NCBI GenBank assembly: GCA_963555755.3 | Contig: OY820905.2 | Location: 768,001 to 832,000 of the forward strand | Direction: 5' to 3' | Source of the DNA: Nitrospirales bacterium | GTDB lineage: Bacteria; Nitrospirota; Nitrospiria; Nitrospirales; UBA8639 | DNA: 64,000 nt | In this document: positions 10,379 through 21,285 of the stretch, piece after piece | Position numbering within the stretch: position 1 is the stretch's first letter | Layout of the letters: the number at the start of each line of letters is the position of its first letter | The notes under the pieces: model-generated | Seen by the model: only the letters and a program-made list of their open reading frames with translations | Told to the model about the DNA's origin: nothing | Database searches by the model: none | Made by a program: the position numbers and the translations under genes

Positions 10379-11402
10379 GCTTAACCCGCCACGGCGCGCT
10401 AATGGAAGAAGACACCGAGATTCCGTACCTGACCGACCCCGATGCCGATCCCGCCTTGGCACCGCTGCAGGCAGCCGCCTGCACCTACCGCATTGCCCTT
10501 GGCCCCCAAGCCGGTCAAAAAGTGCTGACGTGGAAAGACCCATCATTGCGCCTCACCAGTCAAGAGACGCCGCAACCAAAGGGCTGTGTCAGTGCGCAAG
10601 GGTTCAGTCTGCATGCCGACACCCATTGCGGCCCCCAGCAGCGACAACAACTCGAACAGCTCTGTCGCGACATCACGCGCCCGGCCTTGAGCCACAAACG
10701 CCTGCGCCGTACACCAGCCGGCGAGGTCGTCCTCCAACTCAAAACCCCGTACCGCGATGGCACCACCCATCTGGTGATGACCCCGCTGGAATTCCTGCAA
10801 CGCCTGGCCGCCCTCGTCCCACGTCCCCGGCTCCATCTCATTCGCTTCCATGGCGTGCTGGCGCCCAACGCGGCGCTACGCTCCCAGATCGTGCCCGGCG
10901 AGGCCGACCCGGCAACGGACACCGCCCATGAGGATGGCGAGGCCCTCGCTCCTTCAACACGAGCCCGCCTGAGTTGGGCGCAATGACTCAAACGCGTCTT
11001 CGCCATCGACCTCACCACCTGCCCGCAGTGCGGCGGGGCATTGACGCTCCTGGCGGCTATCGAAGATCCCGCGGTGATCTTCAAGATTTTGAGCCACCTG
11101 GGTTTGCCCACCCGCGCCCCACCACGAGCCCCGGCCCGCCTCGCCGCGTTCATGCAGCCAGCCTAATCCCAGTCTGGATTCCGGTTCAGTGCCTGAGCCG
11201 ACGCTCTCCTTTTGTCCAGGCGCCAACTCACTCCCCCCCATAATGCGAAAGGGTTGGCCTGATTCACGAAAAATGGCCCCTGCCGCCCCATCTCGCCGTG
11301 GAACTCCCGCCTTTCAGACGGTAACGTCTGCGAATTGACCCGCAACGGGGTCTTTGATACTTTCCGGTTTAGGCAAAAAGGCCTTTTAAAATTCCTATTC
11401 CC
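10379..11402 (+). pseudogene. IS91/ISCR-type transposase 3' fragment with oriIS-like end
   Basis: GFSLHA, RDITRPALS, PLEFLQRLAALVPRPRLHLIRFHGV, CPQCGG; in-frame stop at 10984; end TTTAAAATTCCTATTCCC at ~11385-11402. Confidence 0.8.
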
Positions 11403-11412
11403 AATTTCGTTT

Positions 11413-11472
11413 GTGGGCTAGGGATGAGGATCGAAGTCCAAATCCATAGGAAAGTGTTAATGCAAGATCTGA
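11413..11472 (+). repeat. 60-bp imperfect direct repeat, copy 1 (partner 12425-12484)
   Basis: 48/60 identical, ungapped; ends TAATGCAAGATCTGA. Confidence 0.7.
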
Positions 11473-11521
11473 GGTGGTCCGGAGTTGATAACCTCCGCAG
11501 TGTATTGAGGGCCGCTAGGAT

Positions 11522-11821
11522 TTATTTAGTTTTGGTTCTGGATTCCCAGTAACCAGGTTTGCGTTTGAGGTGCATCACGGCGGCAATGTAAATGGTCTTT
11601 CCCTCGACGGCATAGATGACGCCATAAGGAAATTGATGAACTAAGTAGCGACGAAAGGGTCCTTTTAAAATGCGCCAACGCGTTGGATGTTTGCGAATCT
11701 GATCAAAGGCCGATTCCACCGCATCAAGAAACTCGTGTCCAAGTCCATCACGACAGTCTTCATAAAACAAGGCAGCCTCTCGCATTTCTGCCTTGGCTGC
11801 CGGATCAAGAACCAGTCTCAA
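11522..11821 (-). CDS. RelE/ParE-family toxin
   Basis: LDPAAKAEMREAALFYE...FPYGVIY...IAAVMHLKRKPGYW; TTG start overlaps antitoxin TGA. Confidence 0.88.
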   Translation of the reverse strand: MRLVLDPAAKAEMREAALFYEDCRDGLGHEFLDAVESAFDQIRKHPTRWRILKGPFRRYLVHQFPYGVIYAVEGKTIYIAAVMHLKRKPGYWESRTKTK

Positions 11822-12051
11822 CGACGAAGTTCCTTGCGGATTTCTGCAAGGGCCTTGGTTCCCGCGATGGTCTTGGTCCTCTTTCGTTTCCAGGCTGAAA
11901 AGCGCCGCTCGGCTTCCGCCACCCAAGCTTCATCCACAGCCGTCAATGGCTCATCTTCCGTTTCGGCCAGCAACCGCTCAGCGAGCCTTTCACGTTCGAC
12001 TGCCGGAAGTTTCCGAGCCTTCTTTTCTAGGGCTAAGGCTTGCGTCGTCAT
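11818..12051 (-). CDS. Addiction-module antitoxin (TIGR02574-like)
   Basis: LPAVERERLAERLL..AWVAEAERR; directly upstream of toxin. Confidence 0.85.
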   Translation of the reverse strand: MTTQALALEKKARKLPAVERERLAERLLAETEDEPLTAVDEAWVAEAERRFSAWKRKRTKTIAGTKALAEIRKELRR

Positions 12052-12424
12052 CTGTGATACTCCTTCCTGTTCCGGGGTGCTAAATTCAACCTGTGCTATA
12101 AACATGAAGAATACTGACTTCGTAGGGATGAGACAAGAATTGAGGAAATTATTCTAAAACTATGGAATAATGAAGATCGGAAAAGGTGAGCACGAAGGAT
12201 GGCGGCTTTTTTCAACATTCCCATATCCAACGCACGGTGCAGCAGGTCTTGACGGATTCCCTACGAGATCGTTTGCCTCCCCTCATTGTGGCGAACAGCA
12301 TGGCACTGGAAAAGATCGGGACGTAAGTAATTCCCTTTCGCGAGTCAAAGTGCGGATCAGGTCTTGCAAGGCCATATACCCTATAGTTGTCCTCTCTTAA
12401 TCCCGGCCTTCAAGAATGTGGTGG

Positions 12425-12484
12425 GTGGGTTATGGAGTAGGATCTAAGTTCAAATCAATAGAAATGTGCTAATGCAAGCCCTGA
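12425..12484 (+). repeat. 60-bp imperfect direct repeat, copy 2
   Basis: Matches 11413-11472; continues as TGACCC. Confidence 0.7.
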
Positions 12485-12507
12485 CCCTCAATCGGATGGG
12501 GGAGTAG

Positions 12508-13734
12508 ATGCTTATAACGTATGTTCTTGGTGCTTGTCCTAAATGTCGAAGCGAGAACTGCTTTGGCAATGTATCCGTGCAGGGTGACCGAGTTCTTCGG
12601 GGTTGCGAAAGTTGTAACTACCATATGACCATTTTTCTTCCAGTAATCAGGAAGAAGATCCTGTACCTTGACCAGTTTTTTTTAAGTAATGCCTTTCTGG
12701 GTAAGGATGAGCGGTTCGTCGAAGCAGCACAAGGGATTCGGAAACTTTCGGACTTTCAACTCTTGGTAGTCCCGTTCTCATCCATCCATGAAGATGAGAC
12801 ACATCAATGGAAGGGATTCGGTGGCAAGAACAAAGAAGACCTAATGGAGTTCGTCAAGACTAGCTCGGGAGGGCATGAATTCCAACAGGACTATGAGGTC
12901 GAAGAGAAGCAAATCGTTACGGCGTTCCAGAATTATATGGAAGGAAAATCAGCGGAATTCATGCTTGAAGCAGATGATGCGATTGAGGGCAACATCCATG
13001 AATGGGATGACTACTATCGAATTGATGTTGGTTCTTACCTTGGAGATATCCAAGTAATTCGAGATTTGAAAGGGAAGTCCATACAAACATTGGTCGACGT
13101 CTTCGAGGATTGGCGAAATTCTACTAGTACTTTTGAACAAGATGTGGAGATTGAAATAGCAGATGCCCGAAAAGGGTACATACAATCATATCTGGATTAT
13201 GTGCAACGGATGGTTCTTGGTGATTACGAGGCGATGTTCGATTCGCCCGTTAAGTCCCAGGTTGTTCAGGCGATGCTACACTGCTTTACTAATGAAACCC
13301 CATGGGCGGAACGTCTGCAAAAGGTAGGGGAATTTTTCCGTTCTGATCACTTTGCCCAGGTACCCTATCAATGGGTTTCTGCAAGGATTTATGCAAAGCT
13401 TAAGGATATGGTCAAAAACGAGGGAGCGTATGCAAATCACGAAAAGGCTAAAGAGCGCTTAAGTGGATTCTTCTCTGATGTTAAACATGTCGCCATTTAT
13501 TCTCCGTATTGTGACGCATTCATAATGGATAAGGCGATGGCTCATCTTGTGAATGATCCACGTGTGGGGCTACATAACAGATACGGTGTAAAGGTTTTCA
13601 GTTTGAATAATTGGGACGAATTGTTTTATTGGCTCAACACTCTTGAAGAAGAGATGTCGACCGCGCATAAGGCTGCGTTGTCAGAAGCTTATCCCTGGAC
13701 TTCTTCCCGGCCCCTGGATGGAGGCCGTCATTGA
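12508..13734 (+). CDS. Hypothetical protein: N-terminal Zn ribbon plus PIN-like domain
   Basis: CPKC..C..CESC; ILYLDQ, HEDE, SDVKHVAIYSPYCDAFIMDKAM acidic pattern; lower GC than flanking IS. Confidence 0.65.
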   Translation: MLITYVLGACPKCRSENCFGNVSVQGDRVLRGCESCNYHMTIFLPVIRKKILYLDQFFLSNAFLGKDERFVEAAQGIRKLSDFQLLVVPFSSIHEDETHQWKGFGGKNKEDLMEFVKTSSGGHEFQQDYEVEEKQIVTAFQNYMEGKSAEFMLEADDAIEGNIHEWDDYYRIDVGSYLGDIQVIRDLKGKSIQTLVDVFEDWRNSTSTFEQDVEIEIADARKGYIQSYLDYVQRMVLGDYEAMFDSPVKSQVVQAMLHCFTNETPWAERLQKVGEFFRSDHFAQVPYQWVSARIYAKLKDMVKNEGAYANHEKAKERLSGFFSDVKHVAIYSPYCDAFIMDKAMAHLVNDPRVGLHNRYGVKVFSLNNWDELFYWLNTLEEEMSTAHKAALSEAYPWTSSRPLDGGRH

Positions 13735-13816
13735 TCTGCCTGCGGAACAACTCTTTCAAGTTTTCCAGCTTTTGGCTGTCCATTGCTACGGCGTCGGGCG
13801 TGGTCAGTGTGGCCAT
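13706..13816 (-). pseudogene. N-terminal fragment of a serine hydrolase/beta-lactamase-like gene
   Basis: TPDAVAMDSQKLE..INDGLHPGA, with upstream GGAGG. Confidence 0.5.
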
Positions 13817-13879
13817 GTTGCTTCCTCCAGATGATGCAGTCGAATCTCTGAGTTCCGGAACACGCTTGGAGTCTTTTGC

Positions 13880-14015
13880 TTAGAGCTTTTTTACGGTGTC
13901 GCCGGGTTTTATCTCGCCGCCATGGACCACTTTGGTATTGATGCCTCTTAGCTGGAGCTTGAATTCAAGTAGCAAGTGCAATTCTTTCTCAAATAAGTGG
14001 GACGAAGTGATTGTT
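13880..14015 (-). pseudogene. C-terminal fragment of a MOSC-domain-like gene
   Basis: LRGINTKVVHGGEIKPGDTV. Confidence 0.5.
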
Positions 14016-14512
14016 CCTACATTCCGCACTTGAGAACGTGCATTTAACCTGGAACCCACCAGTGGTGTCCAGCGCCTAGCTCTTACCGCCGGATCCACGG
14101 AGCGGTTTCAAGCGCCTCCTTGCTCACTGTCGCCAGCTTCGCCTGCAGTTTCTTGAAGTTCTTAATCCGTCGTACGCACTCCCTGGCTTCCTCCTGCGTG
14201 AGCGTTACCGTGGTCTTCTTTTCGTCGATGAGGCCTGTCCAGCGATAATAGGGCCCGTGTCGGTGGGCCGGGTCGTCCCGACACTTGCACGTCTGTTTGC
14301 CGCATCGCGCCCTTGCTGTCGACACACTCCCGGGCAGAACGGGTCCGGGCGCCCGGAGGTGGATCATCTTTGCGCGTGACATCTTAATGCTATTATGCAT
14401 TAAGATAGGGCGTGATGCAAGCCAAAGATTTGCAGCATCGGAAGGTACGAATCGCGACCCTCCCACTCATCAATCGCTGTTTCGCGACGCTTGGGGTGCG
14501 CCACCGCCTGGA
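14016..14512 (+). mobile_element. Truncated IS1634 copy 3 (TIR, DUF6788 gene 14083-14382 on minus, transposase 5' end)
   Basis: Near-identical inverted copy of 2710-3205; cut by the IS3 element. Confidence 0.9.
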
Positions 14513-15794
14513 AGAGAAGGACCCGGAAAAATTGACACCGCCTTAAGTGGATAGGTAGACCTGTTTCAAGTATTTTCATGTCATTCACAGGAGCTTATCA
14601 TGAGTCGACGAATCAGACGCAATCACCAACCCGTATTCAAGGCGAAAGTGGCGCTTGCTGCCCTGAAGGGCGATGTAACCACTGCCGAATTAGCGAAGAA
14701 ATTTGAGGTCCACCCGAATCAGATCTCACAATGGAAAACACAGCTGCTCGAGAAGGCCCCCGGCGTCTTCGATGAGAAGGGGCGCGAGACAGTCCCTCCC
14801 GTTGATGTGAAAACACTGCATGCCAAGATCGGGCAATTGACGCTGGAGAATGATTTTTTAGAAGGCGCGCTCGGCAAGGCCGGACTTCTGAGCGCAAGGC
14901 CATGATTGACCGGACCCATGCACTACCCGTATCACACCAAGCCAAGATACTCGGATTATCGAGAGGCTGTCTCTATTATCAACCTGTACCACTCAGTGAG
15001 AGTGAACTCGGGTTGATGCATCGTTTGGATACACTGCATCTGGCACACCCGTTTGCCGGTTCGCGTATGTTGCGAGACTTGCTACGATTGGAGGGCGCCA
15101 CCGTTGGGCGCAAACACGTGAGAACCCTGATGAAACGGATGGGCATCGAAGCCCTCTATCGCCAGCCCAGGACGACGCAGGTGCATCGGGGACACGCCGT
15201 GTATCCGTACTTACTCCGTCATCTGTCTATTACGCGGTCCAATCAGGTGTGGGCCTCGGATGTCAGCTACATTCCGATGTAGCCCATGGATTTGTCTATT
15301 TGACGGTCATTCTCGACTGGTATAGTCGCCGAGTCCTGTCCTGGCGCGTATCGGTGACGATGGATGTGGAATGTATTATGGATGCCTTGGAGGAGGCGAT
15401 TGAGAAATATGGCTGTCCAGAAATCATGAACACTGATCAAGGCAGTCAATATACCAGTGAGCGATTCCTCCAAGCGCTCAAGGATCGAGAGATTCAAATT
15501 AGCATGGACGGCAAAGGAGCCTGGCGTGACAACATTTTCGTCGAACGACTGTGGCGATCAGTCAAATATGAGGATATTTACTTGCATGCCTATGAAACTC
15601 CGAGTGATGTCAAACAAGGCCTGAAACGGTATTTTCAATTCTACAATACCAGTCGTCCACATCAGGCACACCGGGGCCAGACACCCGACACGGCGTATTT
15701 CCACCTGTTGCCTGTAGCCAAGGTAGCATAATTCATTGGGATACTTTCCACTTAAGAATTGGCTTGAGGTGTGCAGTTAAACGGGACCACCTCT
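14513..15794 (+). mobile_element. IS3-family element; orfA 14600-14905, orfB 14902-15731 broken at ~15280
   Basis: orf[22 protein letters not shown]; orfB WASDVSY, NTDQGSQY, DNIFVERLWRSVKYE; imperfect TIRs; ends approximate. Confidence 0.85.
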
Positions 15795-15990
15795 TTCGTC
15801 TGCGGTACCCCGAGCTGAAGCAGACCTACTGGGGCGCGGTGCTGTGGTCTCCCGGGTTTTTCTCGTCGACGGTTGGGTTGAATGAGGCGGTTATCCGGCG
15901 GTACGTGGACCATCAAGAACGAGTGGACAAAGGGCACATGCAGCTCAAGTTTGAATTTTAAGTGCCACGGGGCGTGAGCCCGTGGGTATC
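15795..15990 (+). pseudogene. tnpA: IS200/IS605 TnpA C-terminal fragment with right-end hairpin
   Basis: LWSPGFFSSTVG..IRRYVDHQ; hairpin CCACGGG..CCCGTGG at ~15965-15984. Confidence 0.8.
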
Positions 15991-16826
15991 TACTGACGGG
16001 GGTCGTGGCGATGATCAGCTTGATGGCCAAGAAGGCTCTGATACCTATGTGTTTACGCGCCTTGACGGGCGCGATATCCTGGATGACACTGGCGGAGCTA
16101 GCGACCTGGATGTGTTGGAAATCCGAGGGTATACGCCCGACGATGTGATTGTCACCCGCCCCAACCCCGAACGCAACGATCTGCTGCTGTCTTTTGAGAA
16201 CACACAAGACGAAATTTTGTTGCGTGGGCAATTTAGTGTGACGGCAGGACAGGGTATCGAACAGATTGAATTTGGCGACGGCACCGTGTGGGATCGCACG
16301 ACACTCACGGCCAATATTACCGCTGGTGGAACGTATGCCGACGATACCATAACCGGACAAGTGCGCCTGAATTAATTATCGGTCGTGGTGGGGATGATTT
16401 CCTTTCAGGCGGTGATGGCAGCGATACCTATGTGTTCTCTCGCGGCGATGGCCATGACGTCATCGACGAAAACGGGTATTACGATACCGATGTGGTCCAG
16501 ATCGAAGGCTATGCCCCGAGTGAAGTCATTCTTTCTCGTGCTCTTGATGTGGCAGATGACTTGGTCATTCGATTTACCAATGGCACGGATGAGTTACGTA
16601 TTGTGAATACGCTCGATAGCGACATCCGAGATCAAATTGAACAGATCCAATTTACAGACGGCCCAGATGGTGCCGTGGGTACGGTGTGGGCCATTTCGGA
16701 GGTAATGGAGGCTGTCCTGGCTAATTCTAGCTCAGCTGGTCCGGACATTCTGTATGGTTATCCGACAGCCGACACCCTTGTGGGGGGGCTTGGGAATGAT
16801 CGGCTGCATGGCAATGGCGGGGCTGC
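15991..16826 (+). pseudogene. Internal fragment of an RTX/hemolysin-type Ca-binding repeat protein
   Basis: GGRGDDQL, GRGGDDFLSGGDGSDTYVF, IEQIEFGDGTVWD; frameshift near 16370. Confidence 0.8.
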
Positions 16827-16947
16827 CCCTCGCTCGCGGCGATAGCGGTGCGTGCGGCGCCCAGCGGCTGCCTACCGTAGCGGCTTGCAGCAAGGCGTAG
16901 CGCGTCAACCGGAAAACGCGGCAAGGTTCACCCCAGAATCCGCTATT

Positions 16948-17472
16948 CTAATCATTGCTGAAGCCCTCAAAATCTAACTTGTTGCTTCTAAATCGGAATC
17001 GCGCATCAGGAGCTGTGGCGACACTGAACCACTGGTCCTTGTGGCTACCCTGTGGATTCTCCCACTTGACCTTCCCGTTAGCAGTTGCCGTCACGTGGAG
17101 GCACGTGCATTTGAGTTCCTGGTTGTGGTTGCCCGTACTCTGTATCCGCGTTTGGCGAGCTTTCAGGCGAATCTTGTATGCCGTGCCATTGTTGAGGCCC
17201 GATTCCGTTGCTCGAAGTGCCGCGATGTCGTTATAGGTAAACGATATCTCCCATGGATCCGCAGCATCATTGTCCGCTTTGACAATCCGCGACCAGTGTC
17301 CGCCTCCCATGTATACGGCCGCAGCCAGGGACAGGGGCTTGTAACTATACCCATCGTCGAAATTTTCGTAGACCCTGACGGTCATAGCCGTGTTCAAGTC
17401 AGCCCCTTCAGCTTGTAGGGGAAAAGATACCAGCACAACGGTAGCCACCAGGGCCAATTTGAGACTATTCAT
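16948..17472 (-). CDS. Secreted hypothetical protein
   Basis: Signal peptide [21 protein letters not shown]; 174 aa. Confidence 0.65.
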   Translation of the reverse strand: MNSLKLALVATVVLVSFPLQAEGADLNTAMTVRVYENFDDGYSYKPLSLAAAVYMGGGHWSRIVKADNDAADPWEISFTYNDIAALRATESGLNNGTAYKIRLKARQTRIQSTGNHNQELKCTCLHVTATANGKVKWENPQGSHKDQWFSVATAPDARFRFRSNKLDFEGFSND

Positions 17473-17680
17473 CGTAGTTTAACCTTTTCTGTAGAATTCC
17501 TTGGTGCTCGGGCCTTCGCCGACTGGCGTCGAATTGAATCTCAGTCGAGCAAGGAAGCGCACCTGTCCATAGTGCTGGTGCAACCCCCGCCCGAGGGGAT
17601 TGGATTTGTCCCAATGACCATGTGGCAATAATGACGTTCCGGTAATCGTGAGCGAGGCCAAATTCGACGAATTCGAGTTG

Positions 17681-17773
17681 CCGGGCCAGGATCCAGCGCT
17701 CGACCACCGCCACCGCCACCTCGACCTTCGCCTTGTCGCGGGGTTTTCTCGGACGCGCGGGCAGGATCACCGC
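17681..17773 (-). pseudogene. IS21 IstA fragment
   Basis: [24 protein letters not shown]. Confidence 0.7.
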
Positions 17774-18054
17774 GAGGACCGCTAAGCCGTTCAGGTTTAG
17801 CCGGGTTATTGGACTCGCCACCCATGACTATAAACGACGCCAAGCGGCCTGAAAGGAGAGAATTGAAAATATCAGAAATAGGCAATGCAGCCCTTTCGGA
17901 AATGCCGAAACTAACAACGCGGAATTTCTACCTATTCTTGACGCTATCGACACGTTTAAAGATGCATTTGTTATCTTCTGATGTGCCTTTGATTTCAAAG
18001 ACCACCAGGATCACTTGATCTTTGCTGTCGTCCAGTTTGTCAGTGTAAACATTT

Positions 18055-19143
18055 CTTGAATTCACATAATAAGTGCACCACCTTAACGGTTGGCTAGCTG
18101 GTATATTCTCTGGCCGACCAAAGGAGGCGGTGCCAAGATGACACAACGTTATACTCAGCTGACCGAACCTGAGCGCTACCACTTGTACACGATGCGAAAG
18201 CCAACCACACCCTTTCGAGAGATTGCGAAGGGAATGGGGCGATCCCACACCACCCTGAGTCGGGAGGAAACGCGGAACACCGGCCAGCGGGGCTATCGCG
18301 ACCAACAAGCCCAGCAGAAGGCGGGCCAGCGCCACCAGGACACGCCCAAAGCCGTGAAGCTGACGGAGTCGGTGCTGGCGTATAGTCACGAGAAACTTCA
18401 CGCCTGGTGGAGTCCAGAGCAAATATGTGGACGCGTGGGGCTCGAGCAGGGCGTCTCGTTACGCCCAGAAACGATCGATCGCGTGGGGCTGAAAGACCCG
18501 CAGCAAGGCGGGCAACTCTATCGGCACGTGCGCCACCACGCCACGCCGTACCGCACGCGCTATGGCCGCAAGGAATATCGGGGACGCATCCCGGGCCGAG
18601 TCGATATTGCCGAGCGTCCGACCGTCGGGGACACCCGCGCACGGGTCGGCGATTGGGAAGCCGATTTAGTGATCGGCCGCGGGCATAACGGGGCCATCGT
18701 GACTCTGGCCGAGCGACGGTCTCGGCTCTATCTGGCGCTGCCGATCGTGCGCAAAACCGCGGACTGGACCACACGGGCGATCACCTCACTGTTAGCTGCG
18801 TGTACGGACTGGACCCACACCATCACCTCTGACAATGGCCGAGAGTTCAACGGCCACGCCACCATTGCCAAGGCCTTGGACTGCCAGGGCTTCGTTGCTC
18901 GCCCGTCCCACAGTTGGGAGCGAGGCGTACACGAGAATAGCAACGGGCGGCTCCGACAGTATTTTCCCAAGGAGCTGCCGCTCGACACGGTGTCCACGGA
19001 AGCGGTCACTGCCGCCGGGGAGGCCATGAATCATCGACCCCGGAAATGCTTGGGGTTTTAAACGCCTTGGGAAGTGTTCTCGCGACTCACTCAATCACAT
19101 ATTCAATTGAAAACCTGTGGCGCACTTATGGGTTGAATTCGCC
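18055..19143 (+). mobile_element. IS30-family element, degenerate transposase 18138-19061
   Basis: WSPEQI, GDWEADLVIG, TITSDNGREF, WERGVHENSNG, RPRKCLGF; IR GAATTCA..ATAAGTGC(A/G)CCA. Confidence 0.88.
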
Positions 19144-19392
19144 TATGATAAGAAGACCACATCCTAAAACAAAATTTGGGACATTACTTTTACTTGCAGT
19201 GGGCATTAGTCATCTCCCTTCTTGGACAAAATCACACCTGGATTTTTTGAAACATTTAGGTTGCCTAGCGGATTAGGAGAACCTTATATTAAAAACTCCC
19301 AACCCCTTTAGGTTTTCTTTTGCCTTAGCTCTCGCGTATGAGTTTTTTGACTATGCGGGGTAAATAGGCAGTGTCCCCAATCTTGTTTGCCC

Positions 19393-20886
19393 CTAGTCTT
19401 GAGGTGTCGGCGCTTCGCGGGAAGACCTCGAAATCTCGAAGAGGCGATCGAGCCCACGCGCCGCCGACTGGTATGCTGCTTCACTCCAGGTAGAAAACGC
19501 GGGATTGTAAGACTCTCCAACGAGCGAGACATTCTCATCACCGAGCGGCTTGACCGCCCAATCCGCGATGTCCTCGTTGGAGAAATTCGTCCCTGCAGCG
19601 ATCCAGTACCAGGCTGCAGGCCAGATCTGCACATGAGTATTGATGGGCCTGGGGATCTGCGCTGCGGGAAAGCTCGCTTGCAATAGACTCTGAAGTCGCT
19701 CGACTACTTCTTTCTTCGACTGACGGTAGAGCTCTTCCCATTCTTTTACGCACTTCGGGTCGTCGGAATAGACTGTACGGGTCACTTTCTGCACCCGGGA
19801 ATCCGAGTCAAGCGGAGCTTCCATGTACCCCAAGCAGCTCTCGGTTGTTATCAGCCTATCAAAAGGGCGCCCATCGTTGGCCGCGACGGACCACCAGGCT
19901 TCCGGCCACCATTGCGTGATAGTAACGACGCGTACCCCGACTAGGCTCTCGAACTCTGAGCTATTGGTGATCCTTTCGACAACATCGCCGCCGATTTGTG
20001 AGAGCCCATTCGCGCTAACGGCGAGAATCACACTGCCGGGGTGGACTTTTCGTTTCGCAGTAGTAATCTTGAAGCCCGATGGAACAGATTCGACACGCTC
20101 AACTTTCTCATTTAGAAACAGCCGAACCCCACCACCACTAGCACGCCTTGCCATACGCCGTATGAATTCGCTCATTCCCCCCTTTGGATAGAGCTCCGCC
20201 CCGAGGTCCCAGTCGTAGTCGAGCCAGTCAAGGTAACCTTTGGCATCCATTGGGTACGCGTAGTCGCCACGGAAGCGTGCCGTGTCCCATAGATAGTCGA
20301 ACCCCTCATCGCCGACGGCCTTTCGTACATAGGACGGGAATTCGAGTCCGGCTTCGAGGCGATCCCTAGACCGCAGCTTGGCGAAAAGCGCATCTTCCAC
20401 ATCCGATGTAGTGAACTCGGATGTGTCGTATTTCTTCAGATCTGGGTACCTTTGAGCAATCTCATCCTTACTAAACGAGCGCACCCCGCGAACTATGAAC
20501 AAGTCCCTATGGGATTCGACTTTATCCGTGAACTCGATCCTCAGTTCCTTTGCCAAGTCGGTCACCATCACTTGACCTTCCTTGATCCTTCGTGCCCCCA
20601 CGTCGACTCGGCCCGATCCCATCCCACCCAGGTTCTCAACATCGTAGATCCGTCCACCCAATCGCGACTCCTTCTCGAAGAGGCAAACGCCGGATACATG
20701 CTCCTCGGCTAGGCGATAGGCTGTGTATACACCGGCGGCGCCGCCACCCACAATCACCACGGCGCAATCTTCAGCTGGGGTAGTACTCCACAACCCTCCG
20801 GCTGTGCATGCAGCACCGAACGCTACAAGCGTTAGCCCCAGTAGAATTGATTTTATCGTAGTCTTGCGGTTGGACTCTCGGGTCAT
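19393..20886 (-). CDS. Flavin monoamine/L-amino-acid oxidase family protein, probably exported
   Basis: IVGGGAAG, EKESRLGGRI, YPKGGMS, LVGESY..WSEAA; N-terminal signal/lipobox-like LVAFGAAC. Confidence 0.85.
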   Translation of the reverse strand: MTRESNRKTTIKSILLGLTLVAFGAACTAGGLWSTTPAEDCAVVIVGGGAAGVYTAYRLAEEHVSGVCLFEKESRLGGRIYDVENLGGMGSGRVDVGARRIKEGQVMVTDLAKELRIEFTDKVESHRDLFIVRGVRSFSKDEIAQRYPDLKKYDTSEFTTSDVEDALFAKLRSRDRLEAGLEFPSYVRKAVGDEGFDYLWDTARFRGDYAYPMDAKGYLDWLDYDWDLGAELYPKGGMSEFIRRMARRASGGGVRLFLNEKVERVESVPSGFKITTAKRKVHPGSVILAVSANGLSQIGGDVVERITNSSEFESLVGVRVVTITQWWPEAWWSVAANDGRPFDRLITTESCLGYMEAPLDSDSRVQKVTRTVYSDDPKCVKEWEELYRQSKKEVVERLQSLLQASFPAAQIPRPINTHVQIWPAAWYWIAAGTNFSNEDIADWAVKPLGDENVSLVGESYNPAFSTWSEAAYQSAARGLDRLFEISRSSREAPTPQD

Positions 20887-21285
20887 TTTGTCATCTAAAC
20901 CTTCTTCAGGTGTCTTTGAATTGGCGCAGCGTGACTGGTTGAGTCGCCGTTGTCGAATTCACGCGAGGATGAAAAGGGATCGGGATTCTTTTTATTGAGA
21001 GTTTCACATTATAGCAGACTTTCCACTTATCGCCGATTGCTCCGCGATTGAGCATTCCTCAACATTTTTTTAAGGGCGGAGCTGGCGTAAAGTATTAGTC
21101 AACAAAAATAGGGGTCAAAATAGGGGTCACCTATTAGCAGGCTCCTGTCAAGTGGGCACACGACTCCTCTCATTTTCTCCATGCTTCTAAAATCCTGTCT
21201 GCTTGTTCCTCGCGGTGAGGAAACCAATTCGCGCCTGGGTTTTCATCGGGCGGATCTTCCCCCGAGTTTTGGGCGGATTTTTGGC

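Noticed and set aside
11413..12484. Integron attC cassettes
   Set aside because: The repeats lack clear RYYYAAC...GTTRRRY palindromic structure and no integrase is present
15795..15990. TnpB/IscB OMEGA system
   Set aside because: Only a TnpA tail and end hairpin; no nuclease ORF follows
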